Assembly: GCF_003704095.1 (NCBI RefSeq)
Contig: NW_020845264.1
Coordinates: 992,001 to 1,056,000 of the forward strand
Direction: 5' to 3'
Length of the DNA stretch: 64,000 nt
DNA from: Pocillopora damicornis
Taxonomy: Eukaryota
Below, one piece after another: positions 17,742-33,651 of the stretch; the stretch's first letter is position 1, and each line of letters begins with the position of its first letter. The position numbers were made by a program, and so were the translations under genes. Below the pieces are notes generated by a model. The model saw only the letters and a list, made by a program, of their open reading frames with translations. It was not told the origin of the DNA and made no database searches.

Positions 17742-18792
17742 GGTGTCTGTCTTTCTTGGTTTTAGAGATATCTCAGTTTCCTTTTAACTTTTTCGCTGAA
17801 ACCGAAAAAAAAAAAAAAAAGAATAAGTAAGTATAAAACGGTGGTGCATATCAATTAAAAACAGGAGCCTATCGGGCTCTCAAGATTTTATGAAGGGCTT
17901 TGACCTTTCACTTACGAATAAATCGCGGTGGAAGCCGTCAACTTAATTTGATAGTTGCCTTAGAAAACCTTGCGAGACAAAAACTGTGTCAAACTTTTTA
18001 ATGTATTTCAAAGGTCTTATTTGTCGTTTCGAAATCATCTTCTGATTGGTTTAAAAGAATCTGGTGGTCCGAGGTTTTTCTCGTGACCTTGCATCTGTCA
18101 GTATGGTATTAAGATTATTTGACCATCATATCATGTAACGTTCACAAAAGTTCCCTCCACCATTCATTGTTGTTGCGAAGGAAGCAAGGTTCCATTAACC
18201 TTTCGGTTGCGCCACAGGCATGGCATGTTCTTGTTTATAAACGATTTCGTCTTGTTTACCTCTCTATCTTTGGTATAAGGACTTTCATGGAAAAAATGCA
18301 GAGGCCTGTACTCGACAACTACATCGAGTAATAGGTAATGCAAATAGTGATGGGCAATGAAACAATGTTTTTTTTCAATGATCAAGGTTTATGGGCTGTC
18401 GATAAATGGCCTGTTCGTTCGTGATATTTTTCTCATAATTCCTTGATGACGTTATGGAAGATGAGATAAATGATGTATTCCACGACTTCCGTCAAAGAAA
18501 ATCTAAGGTCGCCTAGACAGGAATTAATATACGCACTCAATCAGTTTTTAAACAACTCACTCAACTCAAACCTGTTTCCTCAAGGTACGTGCGCCAAAAG
18601 TGGACAGTCCCTTGAGAGGAACTTATAATACACGGGTTGAGCGAGTGGAGTTCGCTGAAGACTTTCGATAGACTGCTATTTACGGACGGTCAACCGAGCT
18701 CAGTTATTGCGAAACCGAGTGACATTACAGAAAGCGCAGCAATTTGACACCGTTTTGTGGTGGCTGTTAATTATGGCATATGATATCAGCAT

Positions 18793-19276
18793 ATAGAACG
18801 TTTTCACTGTAACGCAACGAAAATATAAATATTCAGTATAAATATAAATATTCAATAAATGAGGTCAAGAAGATGTAATGTTATACACTACATTATATGT
18901 GGTGCACCAACATGGCGGCCGGAAGATAGTATAAATATCTGGAACTTACTTTTGCAATCTAGTCGAATGATTATCTAAAATAAACAAACAGACATTTAAA
19001 AAAAAGCATTTTTCCTAACTCTTTAACTCCTAAAAAGGCTAAAAACCAGAAGATAAATGTATATTTTTTCACAAACACGATCGGAGCTGCATGTCACCTA
19101 CCGCCACAACTCTGAACTTCAAACTGCGCTGGTTTCCTAACCAAGCACGGTATTAAGCTGAAAATTTTATCACAAGTATTAATTTAGACCCTCTTATGCC
19201 CGATGAGGATAAAAGGTCTCGTGGCTCTCTAGTTTTGAATTTCGGAATTTGATGCGTTACGTAAAAAAGGTTCTAC
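18793..19276. mobile_element. Degenerate TIR element
   Basis: tagaacgttttcac at the left end versus gtaaaaaaggttcta at the right end; non-coding interior. Confidence 0.3.
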
Positions 19277-19326
19277 AGACTTGACTTGAAATAAATATTA
19301 CGGGAGTTACTACATCACGGGCGACG

Positions 19327-19426
19327 NNNNNNNNNNNNNNNNNNNNNNNNNNNNNNNNNNNNNNNNNNNNNNNNNNNNNNNNNNNNNNNNNNNNNNNNNN
19401 NNNNNNNNNNNNNNNNNNNNNNNNNN
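19327..19426. other. Assembly gap (100 N); other gaps at 2299-2314, 27553-27626 and 36296-36305
   Basis: N runs in the sequence. Confidence 0.99.
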
Positions 19427-20206
19427 TTTTTTTTCCAACACAGCACGCGACAGGCTGCTAAGGAACCGAGTTCGCGCGAGCAAAAATGCCGCAAAAAAAT
19501 AAAGCTCATGTGAACTGAATAACGGTTACCTTATTCGATATCTATGACATTTAAGTGAAAAAGAAAGCGGAGGTACATCACCTCCGTTCGAGTGTTTATC
19601 GTAAAAGAAACCCTTGTTGTCTCCCTAGAAAATATGAACCTTAAGAAAATGACGATGCTGTTTCGTAATTCGGTGACATTATTTCTTTGATAATATTGCA
19701 AACTACTTAATTTTATACTCAACTAAATTACTATAAATATTTCAACGACGTGTCAATTACAATTCAGCTGTAGTGGATTCAGCTGGGATGACAATACTGC
19801 AATATCCCTGCAGTGAACCACCTCGGGTAACATTTGCCCACGGAAGGCGAAGTTGAATGAAAACTTACAAGACACTGGGTTAGGTAAGCAGCATACGTAT
19901 TTTAAAAGCTGATATATTCCCATCTTTGTAAATCTTTCTCGTCTTCCTTACTATTCCCTCTTGATGCAGTCTTAAACGTATGGTCGATGTGGAATGCATA
20001 GCCCAGCAGTTTAAAATGGCTTATTATGATACTACAAAATAATTTTCCATTTCAAAAAATCTAAGTGTATCTATGGCTGTCAAGGAAGCCACTTCAACAC
20101 CTTTATGTAGCTTCTTAACAGTTTTAAAAAAGAAGCTCGCTTATCTTAGTTGTGTTTACCAGAAAGAAAAACTTCCTAAAAGTGGTATTGTGACTGTTCA
20201 GGTAGA

Positions 20207-20460
20207 AACAGGTAATTTAGTGTTAACAACTGAGTTGAAAACGTAAATTGACCACCGTAAAGAGTTAAAAGACTGACGTTTCGAGCGTTAGCCTTTCGTC
20301 AGAGCGACTGACAAAGGGCTAACGCTCGAAACGTCAGCCTTTTAACTCTTTACGGTGGTCAATTTACGTTTTCAACTCAGTTGTTAACACTAAATTACCT
20401 GTTATGCTCTCCCACCGACGCAGCACCACAGTTTTTTTAGATACTCACCCCCTTTGTTCA
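20207..20460. mobile_element. Penelope-like element remnant: near-perfect palindrome with two divergent minimal hammerhead ribozyme motifs, plus tail
   Basis: Arms 20207-20302 and 20308-20403 are near-perfect reverse complements. Cores are CTGACGAaaggctaacgctcGAAACGTC (minus) and CTGACAAagggctaacgctcGAAACGTC (plus). Tail ctcccaccgacgcagcaccacagttt is shared with 63091-63210 and 63799-63980. Confidence 0.75.
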
Positions 20461-21171
20461 GATAGAATACGTGCTTGGAGTAGGATGCAAGCTTATGGTC
20501 TCAAAGATAAGTTTGAACTTATTTCACAGATGAGATTGATTCAAAAGTATGCAAATGTGTATTGTTTATTCACAATAGTACATCGTGTGTTTCATATCTT
20601 TGTAACGTGGTTCGACCCAAAGGTGAGATATACTTAAAAGTAACCAAGTCTACAAATACCAGGTAGGCCTTTTCACAAACATTTTTGTAGATCTAGAAGG
20701 TAATGAAATGATCAGAAATTTTCATTTTCTACTCAAACAAATAAATTGTTTGGTCTGACTGTTAAAAGACGCTTTAATTTCACAGCAAAAGTAATAGATA
20801 TATTGAGAGGTTCTAAAAATAATTTTTTGTGATATTGGTCAAAATTTTTTTGCATTCTTTATAGGTATTCAGTCACTCTCGCGTGATATTTTTGGACAAG
20901 ACAAGAGATAAAGAAGGCTGAAACACTTAATTTTCATTTCTTTCGGGGCATCTGAGTTCCCTTTCGAAAGTGGGAACATCACAGTGTTAATGGGACAAAA
21001 TGCGATTAAATTTTCAGCGTAACCAATCAGTTCTAAAGATGATGTAGTTAACAAGGATATTCGAAGATCACTTTCACATTCAAGGATATTCGTATCCACC
21101 AATCTGAGTAATTTTCTGTCTAAAATAACATCCTTCTGCCACTATTTTCGTTAAAATCAGAGTCTGCATTG

Positions 21172-21555
21172 CGGCGTCAACAAAATCTGGATCGAACCGG
21201 ATCGGATCACGGATCACGGATCAAATGCTAAACCGCGTACAATCCGCAAACCGGAAGGAGCAGCAAAACCGAAAAACCGAAAAACAGCCAAAACTGCAAA
21301 ACCGAAAATCCCAATGCCTCCTTCCCGCTTGCCTTCATCCATGGCGGCACTGCACAACACTCCTCGATACAGCCGTGAAAGTGATTACATGGAGCCTTTT
21401 GGGCAAAAAAAACTTTCAAATGGGCCTACGCTCAATTATGTCAAGCAGTCTTTATTTTGGCTTGTCGCGTAAATTTTTTGAGTCCGATCCATGATCCGTG
21501 ATCCGATCCGTGATCCGTGATCCGGTGCGGTCCGATCCAGATTTTGTCGACACCG
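21172..21555. mobile_element. MITE with 23-bp TIRs and subterminal ggatc(a)c repeats
   Basis: cggcgtcaacaaaatctggatcg ... cgatccagattttgtcgacaccg; cggatca arrays on the left are mirrored by tgatccg arrays on the right. Confidence 0.8.
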
Positions 21556-21999
21556 TCCGCAACATATAAGAGAAATTGGATTTGCTAAATATCAAACTTA
21601 ACTGTAACAAAGTTACAGTCGATCAAAATGATAAAATCACTGTAACTGACTAAAATGACTAATTGAATATTGGCCGTAAAATTCCTCGCTATCTCGTCAA
21701 ACATTTGAGAATAATGCTCAAACTTGGTGGAAAGATGCGGATTCAAGTTAATAATTTGGCAGATAAGTTAATATGCAGTCTGCTGATGAAGTAATTTTCG
21801 TCGATGTGTGAACCTAGCACCTTCTACTACGGTCCTCCTAAAATAGAATCAAGGTTTTCAGTGCATTAGTTAAATAGAAACAGATGAAGAACAAAGGAAA
21901 CAAGATCTAGCTGTAAGGGTACTGAAACGTTATTTCACTCTCCTTTTCCCCTCAGTATTTGGAGCCAAAACTTCAGTTGAAGATCGACACGCATTCGCC

Positions 22000-24900
22000 A
22001 TGGGTTACGTGAAACAAAGAACGCCGCACCGAATGTATCTATTGGTTTTTATTTTAGCATTTGTATTTTCTCTATTTTCGGTTGTTTACGTTCATTACTA
22101 TACTTTGGTTGTGCCGCTGAAACGAGGAAGTCCATCATTTGTCATCAAACAAGATGTAGATGCCTCGCGCAGCTACACAAGTGCAGCCAGCAGTGCAAGT
22201 CTCATGCATTCCGTAGCAAACAAGAAGGAAAGTTTTCAGCGCAACACAGATGATCTATCATATTCAGGGAAATCCATTCCTCTGATGGACTTCAAGGACT
22301 TACAAAAGAGAAAAAAACGATTGCTTTTATTGGTTACTGTTGGCAGTGCACCACAAAGATTCGACAGGAGGCAGGCAATAAGAGATACATGGTGGAAATT
22401 TTGTTACGAGAAAAAGGTGAGACACGGTTAATTCACATACCATAAATAATCGATCAAACGCCGCCCTTAAATGAGCGCTTCACTTTAGAGGAAAAATGTA
22501 AAGGTTACGTCCCACCTTCAGAGGTTTAAAAAATCGATTTTTCTTTTATTTGACGAAACTGAATTCAAACATTTAATTTAATGTATCCATAAAATAGAAA
22601 TTATTGAAATCTTTTAAAGCACTTGAGTTATTTAAAAAAACGTATTTTCAGCTAAAAGTTTCAACTAAAAGTTTTCAACTAAAAATTTCAACTTAAAACC
22701 GGGCTCCATGAAAAAATAGTGGTACTTGTCGTAAATGAAAGCTAATCCAGGCTGATGATTGAAGAAAATAACTCCTACTTTAAGCCAAACTTAAATTAAA
22801 AATTGGTCCAGGCTTTCAAAATTCTAGTTTTGGTAAAGTCTTTGTATTCCGTTGTGAAAGCGACTGGTACTGGCGGGGCGGGCATAGGGTAAAATATGGA
22901 CTGGACTATTTTTTGGACCATTTTTTGGACCATTTTTTGGACCATTTTTTGGACCATTTTTTGGACCATTTTTTGGACCATTTTTTGGACTATTTTTTGG
23001 ACTATTTTTTTGGACAATTTTGAAGGGGGAGCACACCATTAGTACTGAGGAAGGGGTAGGATGAAGTCTATCAGTACTAAGGGAGGGGTGAGAGGTGGAG
23101 TGTTATTACTTAGGGAGGGGTGTGAGACGGACTATTTCTACGCAGGGAGGGATGGGAGGTGGTTGTAATAGGAAACACTGCTAGCTAATGGAGCTTTTAC
23201 TCGATCGTACAAACAATTTTAATTGGTTTTTCGACTGAGTTTTTGTATGTCAAAATTTTAGCGCTGGGCCGCGGCGTTTCTTAATATTTTGTCATGCGAA
23301 AGCGAAACTGCCACGTAAACACTGGACTTTAATTTGTATTGAAAATATCGCGTTTACGATCCTCCACTGTTGAATGATGCGTGCGCCTTTTAAGTCAACT
23401 TGTGCACCATCAGTTGCTTCAAATTTCCCTTTGTGTATACAGTATGTAATTACTAACTTTACTATCTTCCTTTTGTCATTGATCTTATCAAACGAGATCA
23501 CGGAATTTCCGGTCTTTAGCCCTTGACTTAGCAGCATTTAGAATTCACAAGCGCTATCGCAATTTTGAAGTTTATACCTTTACTATATAAAATCATGAGC
23601 GAACGATTTCGAAGAGGAATCCATGTTCTCGAATGGACCAAAAACACTGCTGTACTCTCAAAATGGGAAAGCGCAAATATCGATTTCATCTGTTTCGCAA
23701 ACAAAGGAGATAATCACCGACACCGGAAATCGCGACCAGATATTCCTCGCGACTCCCTTAGGTTTGTTTTCCAATTTGCCCAAGCCGCTGTCGATCAGTT
23801 CTTGCGTTAAAACCTATGAAACCTGCGAAGTGGAACTATGTTGGCTACTGTTGCTTGCCGATAATTTCCGTCGGCAAAACGTAGAAGTCCAGTGTTTCGT
23901 GGCAGTTTCGCTTCCGCATGACAAAAAAATGAAAAAACGCCGCGGCCAAGCGCTAAAATTTTAACATGCAAAATTCAGTAGAAAAACCAATTAAAATTGT
24001 TTGCGCGATCGAGTTAAAGCTCCATTAACCAGTAGTGTTTACCATTACAACCACCTCTCACCCTTCCCTGCGTAGTAATTGTCCGTCTCACACCCCTCCC
24101 TGAGTAATAACACTCCACCTCCTACCCCTCCCTTAGTACTGATAGACTTCATCCTACCCCTCCCTCAGTACTAATGGTGTGCCCCCCCTTCAAAATGGTC
24201 CAAAAAAAATAGTCCAAAAAATGGTCCAAAAAATGGTCCAAAAAATGGTCCAGTCCATATAGCTCCACGCTGGCGTCCAGATTTCGAACAAAGAAGTCGC
24301 TGTCATACCAAAATTTGCCATACACAATGTTAAAAACGAGGTTTTATTTTCTTCATGCAAGTACCAGCCTTGATACAAAAACATTAACAATCGCCTCGAA
24401 TCGTAATTTTGAAAGCTGCCTGTCGATTTGTTGTCTTGCACCTCAGCACATTTTCCGTTTTTTTCATTTATGCCGCGGATTTTCTCCTTTGTCTTTGGCA
24501 ACTTTGCTCATTGTTAAGTCGTCTTCTTCAACGCTCTACCGAGCGATCGAGATAAAAAAAACGTGTCTGCGAATGGTTACTTTTCGCGGGAAATCATGAT
24601 CCATCGTCATTAGCGCCAGGAGGTTCCGTTGTCCCATTGGTTTGCGGTTTCAGGAGGTGAGGTAATCTTCTGGTGTGGCGCGAGTTGTTTGCGAACATTC
24701 AAGGAATAATGACAAACGAAAGTGTGTCAGGGAATTTTGATATTTGAAATTGTTGATTGATGCCTTGTGAATAAGACTGTGCAGCCATTTTGCTCGTGCT
24801 GCGGCATCTGATACCCGATAAAGTCAATATTATATTATATTTCTATCGTAAACTACAGTCATTGAGCTTTCTTCTGATGTGTAGTTTGTTAGGATTTTAG

Positions 24901-26795
24901 TGAAAGTAGCGCGCGTACGAATTTTTTCTCGGACACCCGCGAAGGTGGGAAGTAACCTTAATAAACGCCGCCCTCGAATAAACGCCGCATCATCATGCGG
25001 CGTTTATTCGAATGATAGACTCAAAAAGCACACAACGACAATTGCTTCGATCGCAGTTGGAAATTTTGAGTAAACCAGACAAGTTCTCTTGAATGAACCA
25101 ATTCTGATGTCGAGCCAAGCAATCCGACATACGATCTTTATTCACTTTATATATTGCAATAGTATTAACATGCAAATGATGAAATTGAGAGCAATATGAA
25201 AAATGACTTTTTAGACAAACACAAAAACATGTTTTTTTTTCAAAAGTAAAATGGTCAGTTACCATACTACTGTTTGGATTTTAAATAAACGCAGCCCCTC
25301 GAGTAAACGCCGCATTCGAATCACGAAAAATTTAATAAACGCCGTGGCGCTTAATCGAATAAATACGGTTTTAAAATTTGGAATTGTTCCCAAAGACGAT
25401 AGACTCTGACAATGGACAGCAGTGTGTGTCCACCTGGTCCTATTGCCTCTTGCAGCCAAGGAGGGCTGGTCACTTAGAAACCTATATATGGCACCATATA
25501 TGGCAGTCGCTTTCACGCTTCCTTCGTTCCATTTCCATGTCCGCCTACCTCGTTAGCTAGTGTACGTACCATGCTTCAATGTTTCTATGTAGCTTTAAGG
25601 TTTATTTTCTCGGTAGAACCCTTCCAGTTAATCATGTAAAACTAGACTAGAACGGTATTCCTTAAATGAGAACACGCCATGAGTACAGTAAAACCCCTTC
25701 ACTTGATTCCGGTTACCTCGAACCCCCCGCACACTCTTTAATCGCGTTTGATACGAAGGCGATACCATTTATGGAAACGTAATACATTTCGCTTAACTTC
25801 CTAAGCTAAACATAGCTCCGACATAACAAAGTAAAAGTTCGAAAATGACTGTTGATTGTACAAGAATGGTAAAAACAGAATTCACACCAACCCCAATAAC
25901 TCGAATTTCCGCTAACTCGAACCACTTTTCGTTTCTTTTGTGGATTCGAGTTGGTGGGGTTCTACTCTACAATTAATTTAAGAGTGGAGACTCTGTCGCC
26001 TAATGTTGGCTGATTATTTCTCTTCAACAGGTCAAATGCGTCTTCTTTACAGACGGCATCATTAAGAACCAAACTCTCCTTACCCTTCTACTCCAGGAAA
26101 AAAACCGCTACAAAGATTTAGAGCTTCAACCGCTTCCATCTGGTGTTCAATTCGGGCAACGCTTTCTAAATTCCATCAAATGGGCCACGGCCAAATTTGA
26201 CTTTAAATATTTTCTCAAACTGGATGACGACTATTTTGTTTGTCTAAAAAGACTCCTATTTGAACTTCCTTCGCGACCGAAGCGCAATCTTGTATGGGGA
26301 AGTTTTCATTGTGAGTTTGGAATTTCTTGGGCAGACGAAGCATTCGTAATATTCTCTGCTGACATGATCCGCAAATTCTTGATGCAAGATAAGAAAAAGA
26401 TGCTCTGTCACCCATTTGCTGACCAACAGTTTAGTATTTGGATGAAACATATGACTAAGCTTTATTTTCATGACACAAGGCTTCACCATGACCCACCAGC
26501 TTCCTTTACGCCTGAATTTAAAGAAATGAAAAACCTATGTGACTCGTATATTGGAATACATGGTACATACGTAGAAGAGATGAGGAAGTTTGCGAAGGTT
26601 GCAAATGATGGCGCAAAAGAAGTAGAAACTTTCCCTAAATTTTCAAGATTCTGCCCATTCAAAAACTTTGATTATCGAAAGTTTTCACCTAAGTATTATT
26701 TTCGTCCTAAACCTTGTATACAGAATCCCACTTGGAAGAATTCTACATTTACTGGTCGTGAAGACGAACACATACTGCGTCAGGATGATCTATAA
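22000..26795 (+). CDS. GT31 family (beta-1,3-galactosyltransferase-like) glycosyltransferase, 393 aa
   Basis: Exons 22000-22416 and 26031-26795 (phase 0). Type II N-terminal TM, SAPQRFDRRQAIRDTW, CVFF, YKDL, FDFKYFLKLDDDYFV (DxD motif). Confidence 0.92.
22439..25369. mobile_element. Composite TIR element(s) filling the GT31 intron
   Basis: Left accataaataatcgatcaaacgccgc versus right end reverse complement accgtatttattcgattaagcgccac; further aataaacgccgc motifs at 24960-25013 and 25285-25345. Confidence 0.5.
22881..24260. mobile_element. Foldback-type element with long inverted arms and 12-bp tandem repeats
   Basis: About 10 copies of ttttttggac(c/t)a at 22903-23016 mirrored by tggtccaaaaaa at 24196-24251; arms 22894-23280 and 23935-24260 are reverse complements. 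Confidence 0.85.
25684..25969. mobile_element. Tc1/mariner-type MITE (TA-CAGT ends), degenerate
   Basis: tacagtaaaacccc ... ggggttctactcta with internal (t)aactcgaa motifs. Confidence 0.5.
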
Positions 26796-27899
26796 GACGA
26801 AGAGCATCGACTACCGGGGTTTTATTTCTAAACGCCAGAGTTCCAAGTCTCAAGCACAGTTGATGAATATGTGATAATCTCAAAAAAAGGTTTAATTTAT
26901 GAATTGCAAACCAGTTCTCAAGAATAGTTTAAAACGCTTATTCACAAGATAGTGTTAATAGCTTAAAAGAAGAGAAGGCCGTGATAGACCTATTTACCTA
27001 ATAAATGTTATTTTGATAGATTGATTAATTTATATTTATTTTTTCCAATTTAAGAACCATTGTAGAATATAAGCTGGGCTGGTTACTTCAAAATTTTAAA
27101 CTACCGTGTAAACAAAAATTTCTGTTCCCGTGCGCTGCGAAAAATATTCGCAGAGTAATTAATAGAATAGCCACTGTTTGTAACTAAAATGCGTTCGCTT
27201 ATTTTTCCTTACACATAATCTCTTCCCATAGATTCGCTTTTGCAGAGATGCGTATTTGCGCGAGGAAAGTTGGGGCGAGGGGTGAGAGGGTACTTGGATT
27301 ATTTGCCCGTGCCGCTAGCCTCTCTCAACATTGTTGTTGTGATCCCAACTTAGTCACTCTCTTGAGCCTTTAAGGTAATTCATCTTAAAACAAACTGACG
27401 CATTTATTAAACTGAACACTTAATTTTTCATCTACAGTACAGAAATTTAGGTACATTTGAATCTTCCTAATTTTTAAATCCGTACTCACCCCTTACCCCT
27501 AAAGTCCTGAAAATGTGCAACCCTGTTGTAGTAACTCTAAGAAAATACAGTCNNNNNNNNNNNNNNNNNNNNNNNNNNNNNNNNNNNNNNNNNNNNNNNN
27601 NNNNNNNNNNNNNNNNNNNNNNNNNNACGTAATTGTTCTTCTCGGAGCAGATAATGTCTGCGTATAAATAGTCAAAACAATCATCACAAACAGCTTACCA
27701 CCAAAAAATTTTAAAACGGGAGGGGTTGATTTCTGGAAAATTGTAGACGAAAATATCAACAGTTTAATAAGGATCTGGAGAAGATCTGATGAACCAAAGA
27801 TAGAATAAAGATAAAATAATAAAAACAACGAATTTGTACTTGCCATTTGTACTTTGTCACGAACTGTATCTAACTTAACACGAAGACTGACCGGACCGC

Positions 27900-28110
27900 T
27901 TAACCCTTCAACTCTTAAGATCTGATTGTTAATTCTCCCCTCCAGCTGCTACACAGTTCCTTTTAAATTAGTTACGAGAATTTGATGTTAGATCGAGGTA
28001 ACAACTTCTGCCTGATAAGTATGAGTATTCGCATTTCCTGTTTGCTGAATAATGAAGGGATATTACAGGGAGAGGTTACATGTTGATCATTTCTGGGATT
28101 AAAAGTGTAA
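27900..28110 (-). mobile_element. TTAA-type (piggyBac-like) MITE
   Basis: ttaacccttcaactcttaagatctgattgttaattctccc is the reverse complement of the right end of 8984-9196. Confidence 0.7.
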
Positions 28111-28604
28111 ACTACATAACATCACAGAAAAATATAATACAGCGAGTTTGGTTAGACATCAATACAACCCCTTCCTGACTCCTCTGATTAACACTGAATG
28201 GAAATTTCTAGGAGAAGCTGAATATCAAAAAGTTGTATTAAAACAACATGCAAGCAACAGATCTCGAGATCGGCAAGAAGTAATGGAAACGCGTGTTTTT
28301 CTACCCTCAATAATAATTCGTGTAATTTTTAGGAAATAGGCAATAATACTTTTTAAGGAGGATGCCAAAAATTTCCTTGCAAAGTATCTTTGTATTCTGT
28401 ACACTGCTCTGATACTGTTCCTTCTTCCAGCTTACTTGTCAGAGACATTATTCACATCTACTTGCAAAACTTTATTCTTCATGCGCCTGACCCCAGACTC
28501 CTCTCAAATTTGTGCGCCTGCCACTATTTTAGATTTTACCCTTTCACGCACGTGAAACAGTTGGGTCGCAATTCGTCGTATTTTGTAATTTTCTTTGTTG
28601 TAAA

Positions 28605-32069
<3,465 letters not shown>

Positions 32070-33651
32070 CCAAACTCAAAGGTTTTCTTGGAATTGGACG
32101 ACTCTTTGTTATCTGCAGAAACTGGCGTTTATGCAAAGAATGTTTTATTATTGCAGAAGAATAAAATAATGAATTAAATAACAGAGAAGAGTCAGTAGAA
32201 TCGTACCGGTCAAAAGTTTGAAAATGAACTGACATTTGTAATGTTTGTCCTTGCACATGTACGCATTGTAAAGACTTATAACGTTTTTGAATTAGCGCCT
32301 TGACTAGAGGGAAATTGCGCGAATTCTTGTCTCATTCGCATGTAAAATCTTTGATTACGTGAGGCCCGAAGACTGGCGCGTGATCCTCAGAACCAAAAAG
32401 GTAAAATAATCTCGCTTAAGTAAACAGCTCTACTTCCGCGCAGTGTTTCTCTCTCGAATTGCTGTTTCAGTTGCCGACAATTTAAACAGAAAGTTAATAC
32501 TCAAGAGGTAGAAAATTGTAAAAGTCGATTGTTAATGAAAAATTTGACATGGTGCGATGACTTCCTTTATATCATATTTCAACAGGGGCTCAACAAAGAT
32601 ATGTATCTTTCTTTAATTGTTTTATTTTCGGGAAAAAAAAAACTAAATCAAAACAAAAAAAAAAACATTTCAAAAGTGCAATAACAATTTTCAAACTGGA
32701 TACATGTGATTCGCAAATTAGCCCGCGGAAAACCTGAATTAGCAATCCGTGAAGTAACCATATTATGTTCGTTCGACATCGGATTTTTACAGTTTACAAC
32801 AATTTTATGTTTTCGTTCAAAACATTTAGATCGTGAGTTCCAAAAGATAGGCAATGTGTTTGATTGGTAACACTGTATGCCTCTGCTAAGATACGTGACA
32901 AAATTTTAAATCAGTTTTTGTGTTGAAAATAAATAATCGATTTCATTCAAATAACAATGAAAAGCAAGTTTGTCGGCTGTAGTGCATTTGATTGTCATTC
33001 TTAGTTTTATTTATTAATGATTTTACAAGGTTACTTTAACACATTCATTTAACTTTTATCGCAACAGAATTTTTAATATTAACGTAACGCGAAGAAATAA
33101 ATCTAAACTGTGCTACAAGCTGTCTGGATGATACTTCTCATTCCGAAAATACACCTTGTCAGTGGTCTTAGAGAGTTAAATGAATTGGTTATGTATGAAA
33201 TCATTCACGGGTTCAATTTTTATATTCTTTGTGTTGGCGTGGTCGACATCTCTTAGTTTCCTACAATGAATCTGTTTGACACTTTGACAGGCGGCGACAA
33301 AAGAAACCCAGACTGAATGACTGAAAATTGTTACGAATCTAAACAGAGGTACAGATGTCACAAAGTCAACAGTGGAAGGTCAACAGACGCATAGGTTACC
33401 AAAGATTTGATCAACGCAAATAATGAACAGAGGAAAGCCTTGATCACGTCCCTTTTCCCCTCTAATTTTGTCCTGTTTTTTCTTTTTAATTAGCGGTGTC
33501 GTATAAAAACAGGTTTATTCGTATTAACCGAGGGGATTTGTTCTCACCTGAAAGTGTTGACAGCTTTCATCACTTGACTCGCTTTAAGACGTCACAAGGA
33601 TTGCTCAATAACAGGCTTGATACAGTGTTACAAATTTATTTTGAACACGGC

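Noticed and set aside
20865-21150. Possible exon or pseudo-exon after an acceptor-like ttctttatag
   Set aside because: All plus-strand frames contain stops and no protein family is recognisable; may be an untranslated GT31 exon but cannot be supported.
22796-23039. ORFs with QKMV or PKNG repeats
   Set aside because: Translations of the 12-bp tandem repeat in a foldback element inside an intron.
27499-27846. Minus-strand ORF with a hydrophobic N-terminus
   Set aside because: Spans an N gap, has no recognisable motif, and hydrophobicity is expected from T-rich sequence.
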